Assembly (NCBI GenBank): GCA_946965045.2
Contig: OX337228.1
Location: 3,534,001 to 3,598,000 of the forward strand
Length of the DNA stretch: 64,000 nt
Direction: 5' to 3'
Source of the DNA: Epithemia pelagica
Taxonomy: Eukaryota; Protista; Bacillariophyta
Position numbers and translations under genes: made by a program
Notes under the pieces: generated by a model
Seen by the model: only the letters and a program-made list of their open reading frames with translations
Told to the model about the DNA's origin: nothing
The model's database searches: none
Shown here: positions 51,901 to 63,119 of the stretch, in pieces
Position numbering within the stretch: position 1 is the stretch's first letter
Layout: every line of letters begins with the position of its first letter

Positions 51901-52952
51901 CGTTTTTGCAGCTGCCGACTGTTTTCGCGCACGCTTTGTTTGCTGCGTCCATCTCTTGTAGGAGGCATGGGCGACTGGCAAAACCGAAGACTCGATATTC
52001 CGAATCTTCTCGTGCATCGATTTTGCGTTGTTATGAAGGTTTTGAAGAGTTTCCAGGTGTGCTTGTCGTTCTTCTTCGATTTGAGACAACAACCGGCGCG
52101 CCTTGTGGCATTCTTTCTCATACAATGCGTACGAGAGAGCTCGGCGCTCACGGTCAAACTTCTGGTACGCCTGAAGCTCTTCCTTCTCAGACTCCAACTC
52201 TGAAAGTTTGTCCTGCATTTCTTGAAGCAAGGAATGAACGTTATCTAAGCGACCCTGGTTGTCATGCATATGGGAAACCGAGTCACGCTTCTTCTCGTCA
52301 TACAAAACAGTACCAGCCACTTGTTGAAGCAAACGCAATCGCTCAAGATCAGACATCGTGCACAATGCTTGCACTTTGCCTTGTTGGACAATGTAGTATG
52401 GATTCTGTTTGGAGAATCCCGCACCTTCCAGCAAAGACGTGATTTCCTGTTTGGTACATCGCTGTCTTTGAAGAAAAAATTCATCCTTCTTCCAGCCAAT
52501 GGTGCGTCGAATGGTCACTGTTGCTGCCGCAACAGCCAGCCGGTGTTGAGAGTTATCCAAGACGACTTCCACAAAGGCGTGGACTGCAGCGCGTCCAGAT
52601 CCCTCGTGCAACAATGCTTGACGCTCTTCTTGGCGAAGCAGCGCAAAAGGCCCCAGTCCCAAGCAGAATTGGACTTTTGCAGGTTGTGGAACGAAAAAGA
52701 AGGTAAGACGTACAGATAACAGATGTCATAAAATTCATGAAGAGAAGAAAGACGACGTCCAGCAATACACATACCCACCCATTACAATTGGATTTCTAAT
52801 TCAATACAACACGTACCTGCCTGTAGCCAGTTCGATTTTCCACTTCCATTCCGACCAACAATTGTGTTGGTTCCTGGAGAAAACCCTTGAGGGATTTCCC
52901 CTTGTTGACGGAAAGATCGAAAATTATGCAAGGTGATATGGAGAATATGCAT
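48956..52952 (-). CDS. SMC3: Cohesin subunit SMC3; complement(join(48956..49945,50017..52673,52817..52952)), 1260 aa
   Basis: Walker A GRNGSGKSN, NPYYIVQQGKV, hinge GRVTFLPL, signature LSGGQ and QRCDPAPFYMFDELDQALD. Two GT-AG introns (49946-50016, 52674-52816) give a continuous 3783-nt frame. Confidence 0.93.
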
Positions 52953-53575
52953 TTTTCTGCCGTCTCGGGATTGCCAGCGAAAAAAGCAGACCTAAACACT
53001 CGGTTCCGCCGTTCTTGAGTACAACTTCGAAGAATGCTCTGGTCTGTGAACAACGCCCTTGGTTCACCGTAAACTTGCTCAGTGCTGATGAAAGACGCCT
53101 TTGATCTTTTCTCTCTCGGTTGCTTTATCCGTGTAGTGATATCACTCACTATCACCATAGTCTTTTCCTCGTTTTTGCTTTTTGATGCCAAGAGTCACGA
53201 GAGAGTCCGGCGTTCAGCGCCGACGGTTCTGGAGATCGGGCCGGCGCTTGAATGGCGGGCACATGGAGTGCGGGGGTGGGGTGCAGGAGTAATCCTGAAC
53301 ACCCCCGTAGAATCGGGGGTGATTTTGAGGGTTTAATATCACAGCCACAATTACACATCACACCCTCGTAGTCGCCCCCGCTTCAATGAACAAGCATACA
53401 GTTTTTGATAGCTCAGTCCCGAGAGTCGAGAACGATCCCGGATTCATGAATACTCGTACGGAGTTTCTCAGATGTTCCTAGTTCGCTGTGCTCCGGTTTA
53501 CGGATCAGATTTCGGATGCCGGATGGTAATAATAATCAATTATTTAATATCGATGGATTCTAGGTAGATCAAAAA

Positions 53576-54962
53576 CCCTCGGTATCAGTGTCCACTGCTT
53601 AGCTGTTTTTTGTCTGTGCCACCTTCATAGGTTCCCAAGTGGACACAGACAGAAAATTTCACTTTTCGTCTGTCCTTTTCACCAATATGGTTCCTCGTGC
53701 TGGTGGAACTGCCGGCGTGCAAGTGACAGTTGGCGGTTAGCATCTTCCTGTGACCGTGACCTCGATTCAAATTTGGAATCCTTTCACACGACTCTCGTCT
53801 CGTCACAAAAATCTCACGCGGTGTCAAAAACATCGACATTGACCATGAAACGAGCTCTTTCCGAATCCTTGCGACCTGAAGCAGTATTTTGGTTTTTCTC
53901 TCTTGTTGCTTGTTGTTTTTCTCTTAGCTTCTTTCATGTCCTGCATAGTTTTCTCACACGTTATCTCATTAATCTTTGTCCCTGTTAATGTTGATGCTTG
54001 GTGCTCCTTTGATTTTGTCGCAATGAAATGGAGGACAAGTCATTGTAGGCCGTTTGCCACAACTTCTCCTTGCTTTAATCGTAGTGCTGTTTGATTGTTG
54101 GTTGGTTGTGTTCTTATTTTTGTAGCATGTTTTTTTACTCTCATCATTGTGCTTCGCCCATCTCCATGTCGACCACAGATCAAGAACCTTTCGTTGTGTG
54201 TCGGATACTCAAGTACCTAGACCTAGAGATGACGACAAACTGAGGCAGCTTGTTGCCACTAGGCCTACTCAAACTAGTCTTCATAGATCACAGAGTCGAT
54301 CAGATATGCTTCAAGATGGCCTCAAACCTACACCAGAGTGTCATGGTTGTTGAAAGCACGGCAATAACACGCACGATCTTACAAAATCTATGAAAGATTA
54401 GAACTAAACTTCTGATAGAAACTCCTAAAATACTCCTACAAAGAATAAAGCTCTATGTGGTCTCCAATTTTAAGCCGAGGCTCGAATGGAGAATTGGCAT
54501 TCCATAGGCACAAACATTCACTCTCAATGAAGTGGACAGAGAGAGAGACAGTTGTCAAATGTCGAATATCAGAAGAGAAAAACGAATACAAGTGTGAGGG
54601 AGAAGTTAGAATGACAGTACAAGAACTGTTGTTGTCATGGAAACATTTTTGTACGTTCAAACTTACCTCAATTGCATGAAAGGCGACAATTCATGCCATG
54701 CCATTGTGGGTGATGGCCTCTGTATGATTTTATGGGGGATTTGGATGGCGCATTCCAACCAACCGTCATCCACGCAGGGCCGCTTGCTGGGCATGCGTCT
54801 GATTCATGAACTGCGAAAACTCCAGCTGTGTATGCGTGCCAATTTGCAATTTAGTCATTTCCATTTGCGTCAAAAAGGAAATTTTCTGTCTGTGTCCACT
54901 TGGGAACCTATGAAGGTGGCACAGACAAAAAACAGCTAAGCAGTGGACACTGATACCGAGGG
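53576..54962. mobile_element. Non-autonomous 1387-bp DNA transposon with 85-bp perfect TIRs (CCCTCGGTATC...), copy 1
   Basis: 53576-53660 is the exact reverse complement of 54878-54962; no long internal ORF; second copy at 63120. Confidence 0.88.
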
Positions 54963-54979
54963 ATCAGTATGAGCTCCAT

Positions 54980-55228
54980 GGTGTCTGTACTGGGTGGAGT
55001 GACGTGGCCGATGCTGGCCAGACTCCGCGACCGACAACAGAGGTGCGACTGCTCCGCCTCCTCGACGCGAGGCGAGCATCCGATTTGATTCCCACAATCG
55101 GAAGTTTTAGGATGACCCTGATGCAGAGTCGTTGGAGCGTGAGAAGAGCTCACTCTTCTTGGGTTCAGCATCTTTGCAACGACTACGAGACGAGTTCGAG
55201 ATCGCAACAATTCTAGTTAGCTAATCTT
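54980..55228 (+). repeat. Split direct repeat A1
   Basis: Matches 62645-62893 with about one substitution. Confidence 0.92.
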
Positions 55229-55239
55229 CTGAGTTTACC

Positions 55240-58131
55240 TTGTTCATCATGACTTTCTCTGGTTCCAATCCGTTCCTCGACGATATCTTTCCGAAGAAAC
55301 CGTCGTCGGCCAAGGGATCTGATCCCCCTGCTCCTTTCTCGTCTGCTCCCGTGGCAGCCGTCGTCTCCCAACCTGACGATCCGAAAGGAGATCAGAAACC
55401 TTCCGCCTCCAACAAGAAGTCCTCTCTCAAGGCTCATGCTCCTAAAGAAGATGATGACATTTACTCTGTCGAGTCCGATTCCGAAGCCCAAGAGAAACTT
55501 TTCGCTGAAGCCAAGACCATCTCTGCTTCTAGCGACACGACCAAGAACCCCAAAGCTCCGCCTCCTCTTGCTTTGAAACGCTTCGATTCTCTCATTGCTT
55601 CCAAAGAAGATCCGACTGGCAACGATGATGAACTTCTCCTCACGGAAGGAGAGATTGGCACTGACCCTGACGACGAAAACCCACCCTTTCTTCTTCGTGC
55701 AGGCGCCTATCGTCATGAGTTCTATTTCACTCATGATTTCCACAAGCTCTCCGACAAGTCTCTCGAATACATCTTTTCAGAACTCGAGAAATCTGCTCCG
55801 ATTGATTGGTGTGACTCCTTTTTCAAGCCCCTCCACGTCACTTTGACCCGTGATCCTTCCCTTTGGTCAGAAGTTCGATCCAGCTTCAATCGTCTCACCT
55901 CCACGGACGATCTCCATATTTGGTTGACCTCCAAGACGAAGAACCATCCTTTTGCTTTGTTGGGTTTGTCTCGCGGCGGTAACCCCTTTCTCTTTCACAA
56001 CCTTTGTTGCCCTGAGAATTGTGGTTCCTTTATTGATCCCCAGATCCCGTTTTATGGTCTCAATCGCATCCCGTTTGAGTCCATCCCGTTCCAACTTGAC
56101 AACGATGATGTTCCCCTCCTCTTAAGCGATCACGTGTTCTCTCAAGTCCCCACTTTTGCGGAGATCCTCGATCATTGCGTCGTTGAAATTGATGACTTCT
56201 CCCCGTCGTCATCTTTCCCTCACTTGACCTTCGATTCATCCAAGTTCAAAAGCTTCTCTGGTGTTGCTTCCAGCTCCTCTTCCTCCTCGAAGACCGATCG
56301 TGACTTTGTCTGCTCGAGCTTATGCCTCATCCCACCTTGTTTCTCTGGATTGATGCTTCACAACACCGATGCCTCGACCCACAATGTCAACGTCTCGTTT
56401 GAGGACTTAGCCAGTGGATTGTACAAGGTTGCCCTCCACCATTGGTGGACGTCCTCCATGGACAGTACCGTAGAGGTCAAGAAGAAAGGTATGCCTCTTG
56501 ACTATCCTCTCCTCATGATTCAAGAGCCGATCATTCGCTTCCTTTGGATCGTTCTTCACCGTCGAGACAGCCCCAAGTTGCAGATTGTTTTCCCATCGAT
56601 TCCCAAGGACCCTTCGAAAGCGAATTCCACGATTTCGATTCATCGCTCCCGAGTCTTTCCCAACCTTGCTCCTCAAGCCCGCACGACACCGTCATCCTCC
56701 AAGCGCCCATCTTTGCGTCGCTCCTCGTCCAATGTCCGCTTTCAATCGACATCTCCGGTTGATTATTTGATGCCGCCTCAAGATACCTCCCCATCGACAG
56801 ATCAGCTCTCTTCCCAAGGCAATGGCGTCCGAATGCTTGACGACGATGGCAATGTCCATTTTGTCTCTCCCGAGATGTTCTTACTCTCGAAATGCATTAA
56901 GGAGATGACATCCAAGAAAAGCGGCAACGAAGATGACATCACTGCCCCAGAATCAAAAAGCATGTTTCGCGACATGCCACTGAACGCTCAGAAGACTTTG
57001 CGCCTTGGATCGATTACTTCATCTGCCATCTCTTTACCAGATGAATTGTCCCAGATCATCAAAATCGTCTGGAAATCGAAAAACTCCGCAACATTCTTTG
57101 AGTCTTTTCTCGCCGAAGTCTTCGATCCCTCAGACAATGCATGCACCATCCTTTTCGGACAATGCACCGTCATTCAACGCTTGGGTTTACGTTGGAAGTC
57201 CGAAGCTTGTCCAGGGGGTTTCAGTCCCTTCTCGTTCGATCCCTACGCCATTCCAGGCTTGGATTCGAACAACACCCTGGACAAGAATATCCGACAACAG
57301 ATTCATGACGCTTCCTTGTTTCACTTAAACGATATGAAACAATCCAAGGACATGCAGCAATTGTACTCTGACCACAACCTATTTTTCCCGAGAACAGCGG
57401 ATGAGTTCGAAAAGCAGTTGCGTTCTTTCTGGGCATGCGCAAAAGGCCTTTGTGGCTCATCTTCGATGATTGCGAACCAAGTTCTCAAGGTCTTGAACTT
57501 TTACCACAAGTTTCGGACAAAGATTATGGCCAAGCAACAGAGCTCGGGTAACGACTTTTATTTCGGGCAATTTCTTTTTGCCATCGACGAAGCTGTTCAA
57601 GAGTTCGTTGCGACCCTATCGAGTGCTTCATCACTAGCAGACATTGGCTTCAACGATTTCGAAGAACGCGTGAATTGGATCTTATTCAATGTCAAGACCG
57701 GTTCGACTCTCGTTTCCCTCCCTCCGGCACTACAAGCCAAATTCCAAGCCAACCAACTCAAGCACTCCCAAAAGAAACGTTCGGCAGGTTCTGATGACGG
57801 TCCTTCCAATCCCAAGCGTCAACAGAATTCAACTTCGTCGAACTCTGACCCACCCAAGACCCCCATCACTTTTGACTCACCACCCAATTGGCGACTTCCA
57901 CCCGAATCCAATTACATGAGTGTATTCCCACCAAGCGTTCTTTCCAACATCCCCTTCGTGACGAAAGATGGGGGGAAGAAGCAACATTTTTGCAACATCT
58001 TGTTCACCAAAGGAATCTGCAAGAAAGGCAAGAAATGTAAATTTCTTCATGATGATCCCAGCAAACACAACAAGAAAGAGGCCATGGACGAGTTCTACCG
58101 ATCCGCATATGCCAATGCGAATCGCAATTGA
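55240..58131 (+). CDS. ORF1 (gag-like, 963 aa) of the YR retrotransposon with a C-terminal CCCH zinc finger
   Basis: Starts 11 nt after A1; ends with CNILFTKGICKKGKKCKFLH (C-x8-C-x5-C-x3-H). Confidence 0.8.
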   Translation: MFIMTFSGSNPFLDDIFPKKPSSAKGSDPPAPFSSAPVAAVVSQPDDPKGDQKPSASNKKSSLKAHAPKEDDDIYSVESDSEAQEKLFAEAKTISASSDTTKNPKAPPPLALKRFDSLIASKEDPTGNDDELLLTEGEIGTDPDDENPPFLLRAGAYRHEFYFTHDFHKLSDKSLEYIFSELEKSAPIDWCDSFFKPLHVTLTRDPSLWSEVRSSFNRLTSTDDLHIWLTSKTKNHPFALLGLSRGGNPFLFHNLCCPENCGSFIDPQIPFYGLNRIPFESIPFQLDNDDVPLLLSDHVFSQVPTFAEILDHCVVEIDDFSPSSSFPHLTFDSSKFKSFSGVASSSSSSSKTDRDFVCSSLCLIPPCFSGLMLHNTDASTHNVNVSFEDLASGLYKVALHHWWTSSMDSTVEVKKKGMPLDYPLLMIQEPIIRFLWIVLHRRDSPKLQIVFPSIPKDPSKANSTISIHRSRVFPNLAPQARTTPSSSKRPSLRRSSSNVRFQSTSPVDYLMPPQDTSPSTDQLSSQGNGVRMLDDDGNVHFVSPEMFLLSKCIKEMTSKKSGNEDDITAPESKSMFRDMPLNAQKTLRLGSITSSAISLPDELSQIIKIVWKSKNSATFFESFLAEVFDPSDNACTILFGQCTVIQRLGLRWKSEACPGGFSPFSFDPYAIPGLDSNNTLDKNIRQQIHDASLFHLNDMKQSKDMQQLYSDHNLFFPRTADEFEKQLRSFWACAKGLCGSSSMIANQVLKVLNFYHKFRTKIMAKQQSSGNDFYFGQFLFAIDEAVQEFVATLSSASSLADIGFNDFEERVNWILFNVKTGSTLVSLPPALQAKFQANQLKHSQKKRSAGSDDGPSNPKRQQNSTSSNSDPPKTPITFDSPPNWRLPPESNYMSVFPPSVLSNIPFVTKDGGKKQHFCNILFTKGICKKGKKCKFLHDDPSKHNKKEAMDEFYRSAYANANRN

Positions 58132-58325
58132 CGCCAGGCCGGGTTGATTGTTTCTTCATCATCGAATTCATCTTCCTTTTTGCGAGACGACTCTTGACCC
58201 ACCGATAATAGTAAAAATATAGTTGCGGAGTCTTCTTCTTACTCCAAGCCTCTTTCACCTTCATCACCTTCCGCATCCAACATTGTTGCATCCTTCCTCC
58301 CTCCATTGGCGACACCGTCGTCTGA

Positions 58326-61300
58326 CCAAAACCCAAGATTCCAAGCACTGCGAACCCTTTTCTGGTTCATCATGTCACACAAGATTACTCAAGATACCCC
58401 GAGACTCGTCAACGAGAACTCTCCGATCTGATCTCGTCCGTTCAGAATCAATGTGTCATCACGTCTGATTCTACTCCCAAGATCCGTTCGTCCGTTGACG
58501 CATCCCCCACCAATTCCACGATTGCCACCAATCGTTCCCAACCAACCTCGAAGGATCTCGCAAGAGACTCCTTTTCCGTTGGCACCCCCACAAGACCCCC
58601 AAGTCCCCCAAGTTCCCTTTCCGAAAATCTGCCCTCACAAATTGCGGAATCTCTCCCAGGGAGCTCCTCTGCAATCATCGGGTCTGATTTTTCCGGCAAG
58701 CCATTACAACGAAATGTGAAAAGACTTGAACAAGCTCGAAAAGCGGATTTAAATTTACTAGGTGAGTCTAACATTGCTGATGACACAGAGTTTCGTTCCC
58801 CAAGTTCCGCTCTATGCTACCTTCCCAATGAGATTTCCAAGATTTTTCCCTCAAGACTGGCCCCTCCTCCACTCCAACCGATTAGCCACCCAATTCGTCT
58901 TTCCGTCATGCTTTTCATCGCCGATCACAAGCCATCAACCCCCAAGCCATCACCCTTTCGTCACTCTATCGACGATTCTGTTGTTTTGTCCAATGCAACC
59001 TTCAACTCACAGCTGATTGAACGGTTTGATTTTGACATGCAACGAGTGATCGACAGTCACCCCGACTCCGTCATCACACCCGGCTCGGAATTTCGCACAG
59101 CCCAAATTCTCGAACCACTCCTAGCCGGCCACCCAAACTGGTCACGGTTTCACCACAATATCACGCATGGTGTCTCCTATCCTCTCACAGCTGAGGAAGA
59201 CGAGCCAGCCAGACGCGCTGAAAACGAGGCAATCCTCGAATACGGCAATCACGCCTCTGGTAGAAAGAATCCAGAAGCTCTCTCGAAAGTCCTCCGCAAA
59301 GACGCTTCGAAAGGTTTCTCCCTTCCCATCACCTTTGACTGTGCCAAACGTATCAAGCACAGCCGAATCAGTCCCATGGGCGTCGCTCACCAACTCGGCA
59401 TCGATGCCAACGGCGACCTTGTTCCGAAAGACCGCTTGACACACGACCAGTCCTTTTCCCTCGGATTTTGCCCCTCGACCAACGACTTGATCGACCAAAG
59501 CAAATTGATTGACCTTGTGATGGGCCACTGTTTAGACCGTGTTCTCCACCAGATTGTTGCATTGCGTTGGAAATTTCCCACCGATCGCATCCTCATCAGC
59601 AAGTTTGATTGGTCATCTGCCTATCGTCGCGTCCATGGCGATGGCGATGTCGCAGCAAGGAATATTACCATTGACCCCTCCAATTCCTTTGCTCACCTCA
59701 ATCTACGGTTGACCTTTGGAGCATCCGCCAACCCGGCCGAATTTTCCATCGTCTCGGAAATCGGAACTGACTTCTGCAACGACCTGGCCGATTTCGATGA
59801 ATGGCAGCCAGACCTTTGTCAATCGCCACTCCAGGAAGGAATTGGAGGACCCAAGTATTTACCAGAGGAAGTTCCACTCGTCGCAGCATGTGAATTGGCA
59901 GTCTCTGTCCCACCACGTCCCCATGGTTTTCACGACTCATATCTGGATGATATGATCCAAGTCTTCCTTGCAACCAACCCTCACCTTGGCCGATGCCCGA
60001 GCATCGTTCCTCTCGTCGTCCATCTCATGACAAGACCAGTTGCCAAGGATGAGCCAATTACACGAAAAGACATGCTGGAAGCCGATAAACTTGAAGCCGA
60101 AGGTGCACCCGCTGAAGAACAACGAGTTCTCGGGTGGATTGTTGACACAAGACGACTTCTCCTTCGTCTCCCAAAAGATAAACTGATTGGTTGGACCCGA
60201 GAAGTCCAACATCTTCTCAAGACCCGTCGAACCACCTTCCACAACCTCCGTAGCTTGATTGGAAAATTACTACATGCCACCAAAGGCATACCCCACGCAT
60301 CCTTTTGGTTGTCTCGCCTTCGCGAGTACCAAACCTTCATTGAACGGGCGTTCCGACAAAAACAGAAAGCAAAACCACCAGAGACGAACAAGAATCCGAA
60401 ACGTCCTCGACCCAACCGAGACGTCCCTCCAGCATTCTATCGGTACTCCATTCCAGACTCCATCGCCAAGGATCTTGAAATGTGGCCGTCTCTCCTCCAA
60501 CATGCCCACAACGGCATCTCGTTCAATCGACTGGTTTGTCGCGTTCCCACCCATCTCTTCCATGCCGACTCCTGCCCCGAAGGGATGGGCGGTTACTCGG
60601 TGCGATCCGGCAGAGCATGGCGATTCCGAATCGACCAAACAAGACTCCAAGCTCTTGCCCAACTCGACCCATCATCCACCAACACACGCACCAACAATCT
60701 CTTTGAATACATCGCAATTGTTGTGTCAATGTGGGTTGATTGTTGGTTCGATGGCATCGAAGAAAACTCGGCCGTACTGAGTCTCTCCGACAACTCGTCC
60801 GCCGTCGGCTGGATGTACAAATCATCTTTCGGATCTGACAAGCCGTTGCATGTCCAAGTCTCCAAGAAGCTAACAGAACTTATTCTTCACCACAAGTTCT
60901 CCCTTCAAGCCGAGCATATTCCAGGGAGCAAGAACGATGTGTCAGATATTTTGTCACGACACTGGCATCTTAACGATAACGAACTTACCCTTTTTCTTCA
61001 TGAAAATTTTATGCCGCAGATTCCCGAGAATTTTCACATCAATCCCTTACCCAACGAAATACTATGTTGGATCTCCTCGATCGTGCCAGCGTGTCCCGAA
61101 TCTTCTTCGGCAAGACCGAAGGAGCACACCAAAAGCGCGACCAATGTTGGCAACGACGGACAGAACATCTCGACAGGATTGGATTCGGTCACGACCCACT
61201 CCTCGAGTCCGTCAGAGCAACCAACCACAGAGCCAGCATCGCATGTTCCTTCTTACAAGCCCTCCGCGATGCCGAATACACCAAGAATCGCGACCGCTCG

Positions 61301-61670
61301 CAACCTCTTCGAGCAAGCACTCTTAGCCAAGCCATTGGAGACTTGGCATCGTGCTTCCGGCATCATGACCGGCCGAGCCCCTGCCACTGTCAAGACAGCC
61401 ATCACGTCCACCCCCTCGTCGCTTCCCTCAAACGCGCGTGGTCAAATCTGGATCCCCCCGAGAAACGAGAAAAAGCCGTCACTGCCAAACATCTCCGCTT
61501 TCTCTGGCTCCACAGTTGTCGCAACACCCGACTCACCAACCCACCACGAGTCTACGACTTCTCCACATTCAAGGCCGTCGTCGCCGACCTTGCCGGCTGT
61601 GGGTTCTTCTTTGGATGCCGAAGCTGTGAACTCACGACCGTACCCCACCGAGGCAAGACCAAGCTCCTAA
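58326..61670 (+). CDS. Reverse transcriptase - RNase H of the YR retrotransposon (stop-to-stop frame; start codon unclear)
   Basis: RT: SKFDWSSAYRR, RLTFGASANP, YLDD. RH: HADSCPEGMGG, NNLFEYIAI, LSDNSSAVGW, HIPGSKNDVSDILSR. Confidence 0.88.
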   Translation, partial: PKPKIPSTANPFLVHHVTQDYSRYPETRQRELSDLISSVQNQCVITSDSTPKIRSSVDASPTNSTIATNRSQPTSKDLARDSFSVGTPTRPPSPPSSLSENLPSQIAESLPGSSSAIIGSDFSGKPLQRNVKRLEQARKADLNLLGESNIADDTEFRSPSSALCYLPNEISKIFPSRLAPPPLQPISHPIRLSVMLFIADHKPSTPKPSPFRHSIDDSVVLSNATFNSQLIERFDFDMQRVIDSHPDSVITPGSEFRTAQILEPLLAGHPNWSRFHHNITHGVSYPLTAEEDEPARRAENEAILEYGNHASGRKNPEALSKVLRKDASKGFSLPITFDCAKRIKHSRISPMGVAHQLGIDANGDLVPKDRLTHDQSFSLGFCPSTNDLIDQSKLIDLVMGHCLDRVLHQIVALRWKFPTDRILISKFDWSSAYRRVHGDGDVAARNITIDPSNSFAHLNLRLTFGASANPAEFSIVSEIGTDFCNDLADFDEWQPDLCQSPLQEGIGGPKYLPEEVPLVAACELAVSVPPRPHGFHDSYLDDMIQVFLATNPHLGRCPSIVPLVVHLMTRPVAKDEPITRKDMLEADKLEAEGAPAEEQRVLGWIVDTRRLLLRLPKDKLIGWTREVQHLLKTRRTTFHNLRSLIGKLLHATKGIPHASFWLSRLREYQTFIERAFRQKQKAKPPETNKNPKRPRPNRDVPPAFYRYSIPDSIAKDLEMWPSLLQHAHNGISFNRLVCRVPTHLFHADSCPEGMGGYSVRSGRAWRFRIDQTRLQALAQLDPSSTNTRTNNLFEYIAIVVSMWVDCWFDGIEENSAVLSLSDNSSAVGWMYKSSFGSDKPLHVQVSKKLTELILHHKFSLQAEHIPGSKNDVSDILSRHWHLNDNELTLFLHENFMPQIPENFHINPLPNEILCWISSIVPACPESSSARPKEHTKSATNVGNDGQNISTGLDSVTTHSSSPSEQPTTEPASHVPSYKPSAMPNTPRIATARNLFEQALLAKPLETWHRASGIMTGRAPATVKTAITSTPSSLPSNARGQIWIPPRNEKKPSLPNISAFSGSTVVATPDSPTHHESTTSPHSRPSSPTLPAVGSSLDAEAVNSRPYPTEARPSS

Positions 61671-62428
61671 CCATCGGCGACGTCGTCTTTTACACAGCAA
61701 AGAAACATGAAACAATCGCCGCAAATCATCCAGACTTCCACCACCTCGCGAAATACGTATCAATAACCTTTCGCGACCAAAAGAACAACCACAAAGCAGA
61801 AACACGGACTCAAAGCCGGACCAGCGATCCCGTCCTCGACCCTGTCCTCCTCTGGGGCCGAGTCATTCGCAGAATCCTGCACTACCGTCCAAAAGCCCCT
61901 CCAACCACCACTGTAAATTGCTGATATGACCCAACCAACCCATCTCTTCCTCCCCGTTTCGTCCGACAAGAAGACACTCGCAACCTGTTACGAGAAACCT
62001 GTGTATTGGGCGGCGGATTCAACGCCTTCGGCTACCACCCAATGGACATTGGGACGCATTCCCTTCGGTCAGGAGCAGCCATGGCTCTCTTCCTGGCTGA
62101 TTGTTCCGTCGTCAAGATCATGATTCTTGGTCGATGGAGCTCGACCGCCTTCATGAAATATATCCGACCACAGGTTCTTGAATGGACCACGGGCATGGCC
62201 CAATTAATGCTCAACACCACCGACTTTCGGCATGTTGACAACTCAACAACAGCTTCCCGCATCGCCTCCTTGGAACAACTGCGGAACCGACTCGACAACC
62301 TCGTTGATCCGGCCCTTCAAACGAACAGCGAGACTGCTCTCGAATCACCGGATGAAAACCTCTTTAACACCTTCAATGGCCAAGATCCCCAACATCACTT
62401 CCCCACCACTCTCCATCTCGACTTCTAG
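61064..62428 (+). pseudogene. Tyrosine recombinase with one in-frame TGA (61922-61924)
   Basis: ORFs 61064..61924 and 62006..62428 share a frame. Catalytic set: GCRSCE (R), HSLRSG (HxxR), GRW and KYIR (Y). Overlaps the RT-RH frame by about 600 nt. Confidence 0.88.
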
Positions 62429-62472
62429 CCCAGCTGGACATCGTTGGATTGTAATATCGGGTTTGATGGTAG

Positions 62473-63088
62473 TGGAGCCATTTTTGGTTTCAGAGGCCTT
62501 CGGCAAAACTATGTGTCTATCGTTTAGATTTAGCATCTTGTTTACAAATCTCAACGGACCAAGTTTTCGGTGACAGAACCGACTGCGATCTCTCGGACAG
62601 ACCGAAACGGCACGTGCCAAGGATGTTTGTCGTAGTGTCTCTTCGGTGTCTGTACTGGGTGGAGTGACGTGGCCGATGCTGGCCAGACTCCGCGACCGAC
62701 AACAGAGGTGCGACTGCTCCGCCTCCTCGACGCGAGGCGAGCATCCGATTTGATTCCCACAATCGGAAGTTTTAGGATGACCCTGATGCAGAGTCGTTGG
62801 AGCGTGAGAAGAGCTCACTCTTCTTGGGTTCAGCATCTTTGCAACGACTACGAGACGAGTTCGAGATCGCAACGATTCTAGTTAGCTAATCTTAAAATTT
62901 CCCCCCCCCCCGCCCTGGAGCCATTTTTGGTTTCAGAGGCCTTCGGCAAAACTATGTGTCTATCGTTTAGATTTAGAATCTTGTTTACAAATCTCAACGG
63001 ACCAAGTTTTCGGTGACAGAACCGACTGCGATCTCTCGGACAGACCGAAACGGCACGTGCCAAGGATGTTTGTCGTAGTGTCTCTTCG
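62473..63088 (+). repeat. Split direct repeats B1-A2-(poly-C spacer)-B2
   Basis: B1 62473-62645, A2 62645-62893, 22-bp spacer AAAATTT-C11-GCCC, B2 62916-63088. Confidence 0.92.
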
Positions 63089-63119
63089 AATCGATATGGG
63101 TAACCAGTAGCCATCAAAA

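Larger units (their letters stand above)
54981..63088 (+). mobile_element. Tyrosine-recombinase (DIRS-order, Ngaro-like) retrotransposon with split direct repeats A1-ORFs-B1-A2-B2
   Basis: A1 54980-55228 matches A2 62645-62893 (249 bp); B1 62473-62645 matches B2 62916-63088 (173 bp). Encodes a gag-like ORF, RT-RNaseH and an overlapping YR. No TSD. Confidence 0.92.

Noticed and set aside
48956-52952. Frameshifted SMC3
   Set aside because: Two canonical introns give a complete 1260-aa protein with intact ATPase motifs.
53514-53526. 13-bp inverted match CGGATGCCGGATG to 6179-6191 as paired ends of a giant element
   Set aside because: Too short, with no extension or TSD, and conserved host genes lie between.
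58340-58362. -1 slippery site CCCTTTT linking ORF1 to pol in the YR element
   Set aside because: The heptamer is in the wrong phase, and stops separate it from ORF1.
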